Shown piece after piece: positions 1-7,952 of a stretch of DNA of 64,000 nucleotides (position 1 is the first letter of the stretch; each line of letters opens with the position of its first letter). The notes under the pieces are model-generated. The model had not been told where the DNA came from. It ran no database searches and saw nothing but the letters and a program-made list of their open reading frames with translations. The stretch is from the sequence record OQ363659.1. One strand, given 5' to 3'. The position numbers were made by a program, and so were the translations under genes.

Positions 1-112
1 TTTGATTTTAGTAACATAGTGTTGCGTTACAAGTCAAAGTTTACCTCGTAGTAAATTACTGAGGGCTTGATACTATGTTAACAATCCGCAAATTTGCACA
101 CAAGGAAACAAC

Positions 113-748
113 ATGAATCTCCCAACTCAATCGGCCATGGCCGCTACCCTGCAACTGGCTGAAACCATCTCTCAAGTACGTAGTGTTACTCGTGATGGCG
201 ATGTGGTTAACGTCAATGTCGCCAACGATGTTGACTATGCTGAACAACCAGCAACCCTGGACAATCCAATCAACAAAGAAGTCGCTCTCGAAGTCCAATC
301 TTTTGTGGCCCAGAAACTTCTGGATACACAAGGCTGGGCCATCCTTCGTAAGCTGTTCGAAATCACTAATGAAATGATCGACACCACCAAACTGTTCGTT
401 CTGCCAGTAATGTCTCAGGAAGCTCTGCTCCGTGAGAAACTGGGGGAACACTTCGATGCCTTCCACAAGGACTTCGAAGCAGTTCGTGAAGATCTGGCAA
501 CCATGGCTGGCACTCTCGTAGCACTGTCCAAGCAGCACTTGGAGCGCAAAGGTGAAATCAGTGATACTGATAAGATCCTGATCGCTGAACTCGCCAACGG
601 TTATAGCAACCTTCAATCTCAAATGGAAACCAAAGTCGGCCCAGAGCTGATGAAACAAATGGAAATTCTGGAAGTAGCCGGTATCGGTGCAGATGTTCTG
701 TTCGCAGCCCTGCTGCAACTCCAGGAGACTCCTGAGGAAACGCAATGA
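113..748 (+). CDS. conserved hypothetical protein, probably late/virion-associated
   Basis: 211 aa ORF; SD AAGGA before ATG; TATG about 35 nt upstream; ATGA-coupled to the next gene. Confidence 0.8.
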   Translation: MNLPTQSAMAATLQLAETISQVRSVTRDGDVVNVNVANDVDYAEQPATLDNPINKEVALEVQSFVAQKLLDTQGWAILRKLFEITNEMIDTTKLFVLPVMSQEALLREKLGEHFDAFHKDFEAVREDLATMAGTLVALSKQHLERKGEISDTDKILIAELANGYSNLQSQMETKVGPELMKQMEILEVAGIGADVLFAALLQLQETPEETQ

Positions 749-2376
749 GTAATGATTTTCACGATGACGACGACTACCAAGAAATCGATCCGGCACTAGC
801 CGTTCATTTCGAACAAGTCGCACCTGCTCCGACTTATGAAGTCGCCGCTGAACCCGAATCCATCACACTGGAGGCTACCGATCCGGTAGCCCCTGCTGTG
901 CCGCAGGAAGAAGAAGAAACCGTTGACCAAGGTGACGAGGAAACCCTCGTACCGTTCACTCCTGCACAAAAGAAAGTCAACTTCAAGATCGAACGTCCTG
1001 TTGACTCTGAACGTATTCCAGCTGCTGTAGCTATTCTGCAACTGCTGCGTGAAAACCCTGAAACCTTCGATGAAGTTCTGCGTGTACACCGCCAGTTCTT
1101 CTCTGACGTGGAAGGTGGTGAAATCGCTACCGAGCAATCTGACCTGGAGTGGTTGGAAACTCTGCGTGATGCTATCGAACACATGGACATGCATGGCACG
1201 CCTCGTCGGGCTACTTACCGTGAAGGTTCGGAATGGCGTCAGTTCTTCGAACACAACGGTCGTAAGATCGGTCCATCCCGTCCGAAGATCAAACTGTCTG
1301 ATAAACCAGCCAAGTCTGACCTGTTGGCTTACCTGACTCGTAAGTCTGGTATGGGTGCTACCCATGAATATCCAATGCCACACACCGGTATCTGGGTACG
1401 TCTGCGTACACCAACCAATACCGAAGTAGCTAACATGATCCAACGTCTGCAAAACATCGCAGTTCGTTTGGGCCGTGCTACCAAAGGTCAAGGTTTCTCC
1501 AACCGTATCGCTGTGTATAACAATGCACTGACTGATTTGGCTCTGCAATGTATCACCCATACCAACATGGCTGCTACTACTCCAGGCGACATCGAACATC
1601 GCCTGAGTGCACTGGACGAACCTCTGTTACATCATGCGCTGGCATCGACCATGTTCCCTGGCGGTTTCAACTATCGTCATACATGCATCGCCGATCCATC
1701 GAAGTGCAACCACGTCGAAGAAGCTAAGCTGGACATGTTCTCGCTGACTTGGTTCGATATCACTCAGCTGGTCGATCGTCAGAAAGATCTGCTACACATC
1801 CGCTTCAGTCGTCAACTCCGCGCAGAGGAACTCGACCTATATGCACAAGACACCACTCTGGGTCGAAAGCCTATCAAATGGTTTGATGATATTGGCGTTC
1901 GCCTGCGTGTCCCTTCAGTTGCTGAAAGACGGGATGCTGGAAACCGGTGGATTGATGGCGTAGTAGAAGCTTCCCATAGCGCATTTAACGAGGCTCCAGG
2001 TGATGCGAACCGTAATGCATACATCGACCGACTGGGTGCGATTACTGGTGCACGTCAGTACTCTCATTGGGTTGATGCCATCTACCAGCGTGAAGATGAA
2101 CATTCGTCTGAAGAGCTGCTGACCGAGAACGAAGAGATCATTGATGAATACCTGTCCAACGTAATGTCGGACAAGAAGTACGCTGCTGCTTTCGAAGAAG
2201 CCGTACTGCAATTCATCGACGATACGATTTTGTGCATGGTTGCTATTCCTTCGTGGAACTGTCCTGTGTGTGAATCTCCAATGGCTGAGAAGTTCCATGA
2301 ACGTTTCGACCACTTGATTCCTCTTGACGTAGTATCGACATTTTTTACCTTGGCGGGCCAGAAAGTCAACCAGTAG
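745..2376 (+). CDS. hypothetical protein with acidic N-terminus and Cys clusters; possible baseplate-hub assembly protein
   Basis: 543 aa ORF with phage-like codon usage; HTCIADPSKCNH and WNCPVCES motifs; function is inference only. Confidence 0.75.
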   Translation: MSNDFHDDDDYQEIDPALAVHFEQVAPAPTYEVAAEPESITLEATDPVAPAVPQEEEETVDQGDEETLVPFTPAQKKVNFKIERPVDSERIPAAVAILQLLRENPETFDEVLRVHRQFFSDVEGGEIATEQSDLEWLETLRDAIEHMDMHGTPRRATYREGSEWRQFFEHNGRKIGPSRPKIKLSDKPAKSDLLAYLTRKSGMGATHEYPMPHTGIWVRLRTPTNTEVANMIQRLQNIAVRLGRATKGQGFSNRIAVYNNALTDLALQCITHTNMAATTPGDIEHRLSALDEPLLHHALASTMFPGGFNYRHTCIADPSKCNHVEEAKLDMFSLTWFDITQLVDRQKDLLHIRFSRQLRAEELDLYAQDTTLGRKPIKWFDDIGVRLRVPSVAERRDAGNRWIDGVVEASHSAFNEAPGDANRNAYIDRLGAITGARQYSHWVDAIYQREDEHSSEELLTENEEIIDEYLSNVMSDKKYAAAFEEAVLQFIDDTILCMVAIPSWNCPVCESPMAEKFHERFDHLIPLDVVSTFFTLAGQKVNQ

Positions 2377-2399
2377 GTCACCAGAACCGTGACCCACAA

Positions 2400-2864
2400 A
2401 TGACACGCCTGTCAGTTGATCTCGCTGATCCCCAGGGGCACGTTACGAACTACTCGTTCGGTAAGCGTCGTCCTCGTGGGGGTGAGCTTGATCGGCTCTA
2501 TGCCGAGATGGGTGCCGTAAGACCAACGACTGCTGAGATCATGCTGCGTGAGGCTTACCTGGATGACTATGAGATTCGTCCCGTAGATCGTCCTAAGCAT
2601 CCTTTAGATGTCGTTCGTATGTTCGACAAAGAGGATACGGTAGAAGGTGGTGCAGTACGATCACTGATGCGTAAGTACATTCGCTACAACATCAAAGATC
2701 AATGGGGTATGAGTTACACAGAGTTCATGGAACTCCCGTATGACGAAGCCATGTTTATCTTGGAGATTGGTGAAGCGGAGATGATGCGTAAAGTCGATGA
2801 CCAGGGTCGACTCAAGCGTGACATGGAACGTGAGATCCGTGACATGCAACGTCAACCGAAGTAA
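2400..2864 (+). CDS. hypothetical protein; possible tail/baseplate assembly chaperone
   Basis: 154 aa; WGMSYTEFMELPYDEAMFIL resembles chaperone-type motifs; followed by a bidirectional hairpin. Confidence 0.7.
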   Translation: MTRLSVDLADPQGHVTNYSFGKRRPRGGELDRLYAEMGAVRPTTAEIMLREAYLDDYEIRPVDRPKHPLDVVRMFDKEDTVEGGAVRSLMRKYIRYNIKDQWGMSYTEFMELPYDEAMFILEIGEAEMMRKVDDQGRLKRDMEREIRDMQRQPK

Positions 2865-2882
2865 AAAAAAAATACAGCATAA

Positions 2883-2902
2883 GGCTACCCCGAAGGGTAG
2901 CC
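2883..2902. terminator. bidirectional hairpin terminator
   Basis: GGCTACCC-CGAA-GGGTAGCC between convergent genes; A10 tract on the left; TTATGYYGT exits on both strands. Confidence 0.85.
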
Positions 2903-2913
2903 ATTATGTCGTC

Positions 2914-3171
2914 TCAGTACTTACCCTGCTGCAATTGGATCTCGACGATCTCATCTTGCAACCGGTCACGAATCTTGTTGATCTCGTACATGCAGATCGA
3001 CATGGTTGTGATTGTGGTTAAGATGCCAACCCACAATGCAATCATGATCTTACCCCGATGCATCACGAACCACTTGTTGTCATTCTGGGACTTGTACAGC
3101 AGTGCTCCCAGTGCGACTGGAACTATGCCAAGCATCAGCACCAGGATGAGTGCACTTATGTTTAAAAGCAT
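2914..3171 (-). CDS. small membrane protein (about 2 TM)
   Basis: 85 aa; two hydrophobic stretches; TAATG-coupled to the upstream gene. Confidence 0.7.
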   Translation of the reverse strand: MLLNISALILVLMLGIVPVALGALLYKSQNDNKWFVMHRGKIMIALWVGILTTITTMSICMYEINKIRDRLQDEIVEIQLQQGKY

Positions 3172-3443
3172 TACAGGGACTCCACGAGGCTATGCATGGT
3201 AATAGAAATATAAGCAGAGCCAAAGCCCCAGATCAGCAGCATGCCTGCGATGCTACCAATCATAATCTTCAAGCCGAGCATGAAAGTTTTCTTCTCCCAT
3301 GCTCGGGCATCTTTAACTGCCTGACTGGACTCTTCAGTTACAGGATAACTGAGACACATCATCATCAGTAACATCAGTACCGAAGAGCTGATGAGCCCAC
3401 CCAAGCATATTACATACAGCGTTAACATGAGATGATAGAGCAT
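3171..3443 (-). CDS. small membrane protein (about 2 TM)
   Basis: 90 aa; two hydrophobic segments; abuts the upstream stop codon. Confidence 0.7.
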   Translation of the reverse strand: MLYHLMLTLYVICLGGLISSSVLMLLMMMCLSYPVTEESSQAVKDARAWEKKTFMLGLKIMIGSIAGMLLIWGFGSAYISITMHSLVESL

Positions 3444-3686
3444 TTACATTATCCGATAGCACATTAAAGTGGATCGCAAGAAACACAGCGTCGGTATTGA
3501 GATGAACATTAATGTTAATCCCAACATCATACCGATGTAAGTCATTGCGATAGTTTCGTAGTAGCGACTACTGGTGTCATATACACGGACGTGCATAATG
3601 AACATTACTAACAATGCCAGCTCAATGAGCAACAGCGTACCGCCCATACCGAAGAAGTATCTAACTACTGATAGGTGTGGTTCCAC
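3444..3686 (-). CDS. small membrane protein (about 2 TM)
   Basis: 80 aa; GTG start with SD AAGGAG; two hydrophobic segments. Confidence 0.7.
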   Translation of the reverse strand: MEPHLSVVRYFFGMGGTLLLIELALLVMFIMHVRVYDTSSRYYETIAMTYIGMMLGLTLMFISIPTLCFLRSTLMCYRIM

Positions 3687-3903
3687 AGTTTAACTCCTTT
3701 TGCACAGGTGGCTTTTCAGGCCATTGGGTTGGTGGGAATAGTTCAGAGATTACCATCCATTGTCCTAAGCCCATTAGTATCATGGTAAGGAACATAGCTA
3801 GGAAGCCGTACTCGTTAAACTTCTTCGACATTTTACCATTCAGGTAATTCAGCATCAATATCGATGTGAAGACAACGATTACTAGACCTACAGCAATTTT
3901 CAT
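3661..3903 (-). CDS. small membrane protein (about 2 TM)
   Basis: start revised from 4002 to ATG 3903 (SD AAGGA); MKIAVGLVIVVF..., 80 aa. Confidence 0.7.
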   Translation of the reverse strand: MKIAVGLVIVVFTSILMLNYLNGKMSKKFNEYGFLAMFLTMILMGLGQWMVISELFPPTQWPEKPPVQKELNCGTTPISS

Positions 3904-3911
3904 GGGTATCC

Positions 3912-4088
3912 TTAGGTAATCTTGGTGATGATCAGGAGAACACAGTAGCCAGCCAGTAATACACACAGGCCGCCACCAAACAAACGTACGGTAACACCAC
4001 ATGCTGATTTAGCCGATGCAGCACTAAAGAACAGCACGAGGCCAAGACCGAACGTAATGATAATCGGAGCTAGCAATACAATCCACAT
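3912..4088 (-). CDS. small membrane protein (58 aa, not in ORF track)
   Basis: translated by hand: MWIVLLAPIIITFGLGLVLFFSAASAKSACGVTVRLFGGGLCVLLAGYCVLLIITKIT; SD AAGGA. Confidence 0.7.
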   Translation of the reverse strand: MWIVLLAPIIITFGLGLVLFFSAASAKSACGVTVRLFGGGLCVLLAGYCVLLIITKIT

Positions 4089-4123
4089 GATCGTATCCTT
4101 AAATGAGGGCTATATTCACAACT

Positions 4124-4131
4124 GTAATATA
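4124..4131 (-). promoter_or_regulatory. early promoter core TATATTAC inside a 10-bp inverted repeat
   Basis: GTAATATA on plus; arms GGGCTATATT (4107-4116) and AATATAGCCC (4126-4135). Confidence 0.55.
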
Positions 4132-4145
4132 GCCCCCAAGAAAGT

Positions 4146-4349
4146 TTAAATCAGATCCTTGACATACAGCCAGATAAACGTCGCGGCTCCGTAGACCGAG
4201 ATGAAGAACGATATCAAGGCGATACGGTGAGGCCAGGAGTTCTTCCAGCTGAAGTAGGGGATCAGGTTAGGGTAGCAACGATCGCGGTACCACACGGATA
4301 CCAGAGTGATTATAGTGGCTATCACCCAAACGGCATATGCATATTTCAT
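4146..4349 (-). CDS. small membrane protein (about 2 TM)
   Basis: 67 aa; SD GGAGGG; two hydrophobic segments. Confidence 0.7.
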   Translation of the reverse strand: MKYAYAVWVIATIITLVSVWYRDRCYPNLIPYFSWKNSWPHRIALISFFISVYGAATFIWLYVKDLI

Positions 4350-4370
4350 TTTGCCCTCCGGCGAAATAAA

Positions 4371-4390
4371 GTAGCACCCGAAGGTGCTAC
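4371..4390 (-). terminator. intrinsic terminator after the helicase
   Basis: GTAGCACC-TTCG-GGTGCTAC then TTTATTT on minus. Confidence 0.75.
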
Positions 4391-5913
4391 GAGATTCTTT
4401 TCAGGACCATGTTCAAGGCTTTACCCAAGAAATGATCACCTTTGTTACGGTGGTACTTCACATGCTGCGGGATATGCTGGCAAATCAAATACGTCAGTCG
4501 AGGCGTTACGTCAGGGAACAACTTCAGCTTACGCAGCCGACCCAAGATCTGGATGTTATCCTTCTTCGAGTCTGTAGCTTGCAACAAGAATACCTCACGC
4601 AAGTTAGGAATGTCAACACCTGTACCAGACGACTTAATCGTCGATACGGTAACGTCATTCTCCATCAAACGTGAGTAAGGTGAACCTGAGTAGTGTTCGT
4701 TGATCTGGAGATCAGGATACTTACCTTTCAAGAACTTAACGAGTTGGTCAATGAAGACCGTGGTCGCACACAGGATCAGTGCTTTCTGTTCTTGAATCCG
4801 ATCGGTGATGTACTGGCCGTAAAGAATCCGGGCAACCATTTGGTTATAGGCTTCCAGACGCTTCTTGGATTTCATCATCTGCGTTTCGTAACGCGCATGG
4901 TTATACGTGTTCTTAAACGGAGTCAGGTAATCGCGAGACGTGATTGCCGCATCACTGTACAACACACCAACCACATTGATATACGAATCGTAATCTGGTA
5001 ACCGACAGCATGTCTCTGGTGGGAGCATCAAGTCGATCATCTTCGTAACGTAGTCGTTACCAGTGAATGGTGTAGCAGACAGGTAGATCTGTTTTGCAAC
5101 GTTGGTGTACATGTCTGTACGGAACAGCAACCCTGGGTCTTCTTGGATCTCATCGTTAATCTGTAGACCAATCTTCAGAGCTTCGTGGAAGCGCGGTGGT
5201 GGAGCGTTATAGCCTACAGTGTGGAGTTGATCACCCAGCCGTTCGAATGCATCTAGATACGAACGGTACGTGATGTTAGACACTAGAATGACGTCGATCC
5301 CGTCTAAGTCATTCTGGATACCACGGTCAATCATCATCTGGAGTTCTGCTGAACCACTGACTCGGACAAACCGTAGATCAATATCTTCGTAAACGTCTTT
5401 CAATGCTTCTTCCCAAATACCGAAGTACTTAGGTGGAACCATGATGCAAGTTCTACACGACAATGCTGCTTGTGCTTCAAGACTGGTGTAGGTCTTACCT
5501 TTACCCGTCTGTAAGTCTACTCGGGCCGAATGCAGATGTGGCCGGAGAATGTCTTCTAGAATGGTTTTCTGGTAATCCCGCATTGAGAACTTTTCTTTTA
5601 CCTTGAACGTAGCCGGAGCTGCGACAGGTACAGGAATGTCAATGACCTTGATACGGTCTTCTGGTACATTGACGTTAGCTAAATGCTTCACTAACGCACT
5701 GTACGAATTCCTGTGGATAAAGACGCTGCGGTTGTCTTCAGTTATGCCGTAGTACTTCTTCTTTGTGACCATGACCATACGGCCTTGGACTTTAGTCGGT
5801 TCCCGTAGCAACAGCGTATCCAGGAATCGCTGCATTTTATACAACGTGTCCCTGGAATAACCGGATAGGCGTACCCCGTGGGTATACCTCTCGGCTACAA
5901 TCAGTGGCTCCAT
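4387..5913 (-). CDS. superfamily 2 helicase (phiKZ gp75-like)
   Basis: 508 aa; Walker A LQTGKGKT, NDEIQ motif II, SAT motif III, QILGRLR motif VI; follows the nvRNAP beta' gene as in phiKZ. Confidence 0.9.
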   Translation of the reverse strand: MEPLIVAERYTHGVRLSGYSRDTLYKMQRFLDTLLLREPTKVQGRMVMVTKKKYYGITEDNRSVFIHRNSYSALVKHLANVNVPEDRIKVIDIPVPVAAPATFKVKEKFSMRDYQKTILEDILRPHLHSARVDLQTGKGKTYTSLEAQAALSCRTCIMVPPKYFGIWEEALKDVYEDIDLRFVRVSGSAELQMMIDRGIQNDLDGIDVILVSNITYRSYLDAFERLGDQLHTVGYNAPPPRFHEALKIGLQINDEIQEDPGLLFRTDMYTNVAKQIYLSATPFTGNDYVTKMIDLMLPPETCCRLPDYDSYINVVGVLYSDAAITSRDYLTPFKNTYNHARYETQMMKSKKRLEAYNQMVARILYGQYITDRIQEQKALILCATTVFIDQLVKFLKGKYPDLQINEHYSGSPYSRLMENDVTVSTIKSSGTGVDIPNLREVFLLQATDSKKDNIQILGRLRKLKLFPDVTPRLTYLICQHIPQHVKYHRNKGDHFLGKALNMVLKRIS

Positions 5914-5932
5914 AAAAAATTAACGAGGTGAT

Positions 5933-5950
5933 GGAGGGCCGAAGCCCTCC
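5933..5950 (-). terminator. hairpin between nvRNAP beta' C-half and helicase
   Basis: GGAGGGC-TTCG-GCCCTCC; U-tract is displaced about 12 nt. Confidence 0.55.
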
Positions 5951-5968
5951 ACACGCTTCGCCCTCCGC

Positions 5969-7945
5969 TTAGGCCATGCAACCCCCCATTACGGCAGTGT
6001 CGTATGGGTGGTCGTTCCTATCTGTGTACAGGAAGCTGCCTGGGTTATTGAGTGGCTCATGCTGCTTCTCGAATGCCAGCTTACCAGCGAGGCTGCGGTT
6101 ATCCATCAGCTTGTTATACTTCTCAAACTGACCCACAATCCCAGGTACGGGCAGACGATAGTCTTTAGCAGACGCCGATACGATCATCATAGCGTATACC
6201 AAGACTTCGCAATGTACTACGTTCAGCTTGATCTTTTCATTGATCAAACTTGCGAATGCAGCGAGAGCATCGACTGGATCTTTATAGTTCTTCAGATAAG
6301 TCTTGCTGGTGAAACCAACCTTATCTGACGACAGCTTCGAACCATCACCGTTGTCACCCGAATGCAGGAACGACTGTACGCGTTTCATGAACTCGTACAT
6401 GTTCACGTGCTTATAAGGCAACGTCAGGAATGGTTGAGAGAAGTCGAAACCAGTCAGATCAACTACGATGTTATCGCGGTTGTCTGTGATCCAACCTACG
6501 CGTTGTACGTGTCTCAGCATTTCCGTCGATAGACTGGACTTCCGGTTATACAGCGATACCGGAAGGATGTCACCGTGGTCTTCTCCATCTTCACCTGTTC
6601 GTACCAAACCGATGTGAGTCAGTTCAGACGCAGATTCGGCTGGATAGGCGGAGAGATCTTTGATCATCAATACGTCAGCCAGAGATGTTGCTTCGGCAGA
6701 CTTGATGATTAGTCTATATCCTTGGTTAGCCAAGTTACTTTTCAAATACAACGTCTCACTCTGAGACCCGTCACGGAGATAACGGGAGACAGCGCCTGTG
6801 ATTTGGAACTGTTCTACAGCAGAAGTTGCATCGGTGTGCTTAGTCGACAATACCGATGAGGTGATCTTGTCACCCATCGATACAGCGGAAACCTGACCAA
6901 TGTTGGTGCCACGCATGATCGAGAATGACAACCGACCATAACACTTGGAACATACCCCAGCTGGGTCTGGATGAGTACAACCCAATACCGAACGCATTTT
7001 GATGTGCGTTCCGATCAAATGGGTTTCATCACCACGAATCCAATCCAGCGTACCGTCAGCGCGCATGTAATACTTACCACGCAACGATTTCAGAGTGCTC
7101 TTCAGGACTGGGAAGTCGATCAGATGTGGAGTGCCGCAATCACCTTTATGGAGACGCTGCACATACTGAGCGATCAGCTGAGACTTACGGTTGAAGTATT
7201 CGGTTACCCGCAGCAGCTCTTTGTTATACAGCAGAGCTTTGGTACCCGAACGAGATTCGATCATGGAACCATACAGATCCCAGATGCCATCTACATAGCC
7301 AACCGTTACCGGGTGCGCGAAGATGTCCGAGTTGATATCCGTTGGATAGCCACGTGGGCCAAATGCTTGGAGCAACTGTTCAAGCTTCTGAGTACCAGAG
7401 CGGTAGCCTTCAATGATAGAGTTACCACGGAACTGCGTCGGATCGTCGAATGCAGCAGCGATCTTTTTGTACGCGACTTGCTCGATGCCATAGGTGGACT
7501 CTTCTACGTTTTCGTTTGCTTCACGAATGGCTGGGTGGTTGTAGACTTCCGCGATGTCGAACATCGACAGCGTAGCTACATACGGCGACAGGTTCACCGT
7601 ACATTCGTTATACAGCCAATTCGTTGCTTCGATTGCAAGCTTAGCCAGATGCTCTGGATCGGCTTCTTCATTAGTGTGATCGTGAATACCCCAGATCACT
7701 CGGTTCAAGAAGCTGATGAGTGACTTTGCAGTCACTCGCTTCGATCCGATGTGATACGATTTCAGGATTGGGACATCTGGATACGCTTTCAGCGGATACC
7801 AGTTGAGAACGGACAGTTTAGTGATCCGATCTCGTGCCAGCAATTTCTGTCCATCATCAAACTCAATGACGTGCCATTCCGAGGGCAATGCCCACAGCTG
7901 TTCATAAGACAGATTCAGCAAGTCACGGGCTTTGTAATGATTCAT
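5969..7945 (-). CDS. rpoC: non-virion RNA polymerase beta' subunit, C-terminal part (phiKZ gp74-like)
   Basis: 658 aa; bridge-helix-like ESRSGTKALLYNKELLRVTEYFNRK, VCSKCYG Zn site, SSVLSTKH trigger-loop-like segment; synteny. Confidence 0.9.
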   Translation of the reverse strand: MNHYKARDLLNLSYEQLWALPSEWHVIEFDDGQKLLARDRITKLSVLNWYPLKAYPDVPILKSYHIGSKRVTAKSLISFLNRVIWGIHDHTNEEADPEHLAKLAIEATNWLYNECTVNLSPYVATLSMFDIAEVYNHPAIREANENVEESTYGIEQVAYKKIAAAFDDPTQFRGNSIIEGYRSGTQKLEQLLQAFGPRGYPTDINSDIFAHPVTVGYVDGIWDLYGSMIESRSGTKALLYNKELLRVTEYFNRKSQLIAQYVQRLHKGDCGTPHLIDFPVLKSTLKSLRGKYYMRADGTLDWIRGDETHLIGTHIKMRSVLGCTHPDPAGVCSKCYGRLSFSIMRGTNIGQVSAVSMGDKITSSVLSTKHTDATSAVEQFQITGAVSRYLRDGSQSETLYLKSNLANQGYRLIIKSAEATSLADVLMIKDLSAYPAESASELTHIGLVRTGEDGEDHGDILPVSLYNRKSSLSTEMLRHVQRVGWITDNRDNIVVDLTGFDFSQPFLTLPYKHVNMYEFMKRVQSFLHSGDNGDGSKLSSDKVGFTSKTYLKNYKDPVDALAAFASLINEKIKLNVVHCEVLVYAMMIVSASAKDYRLPVPGIVGQFEKYNKLMDNRSLAGKLAFEKQHEPLNNPGSFLYTDRNDHPYDTAVMGGCMA

Positions 7946-7952
7946 CTATACC

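Noticed and set aside
2914-4349. Holin assignment for the small membrane proteins
   Set aside because: No adjacent endolysin in the window and the promoter is early-type; a holin cannot be excluded but is not supported.
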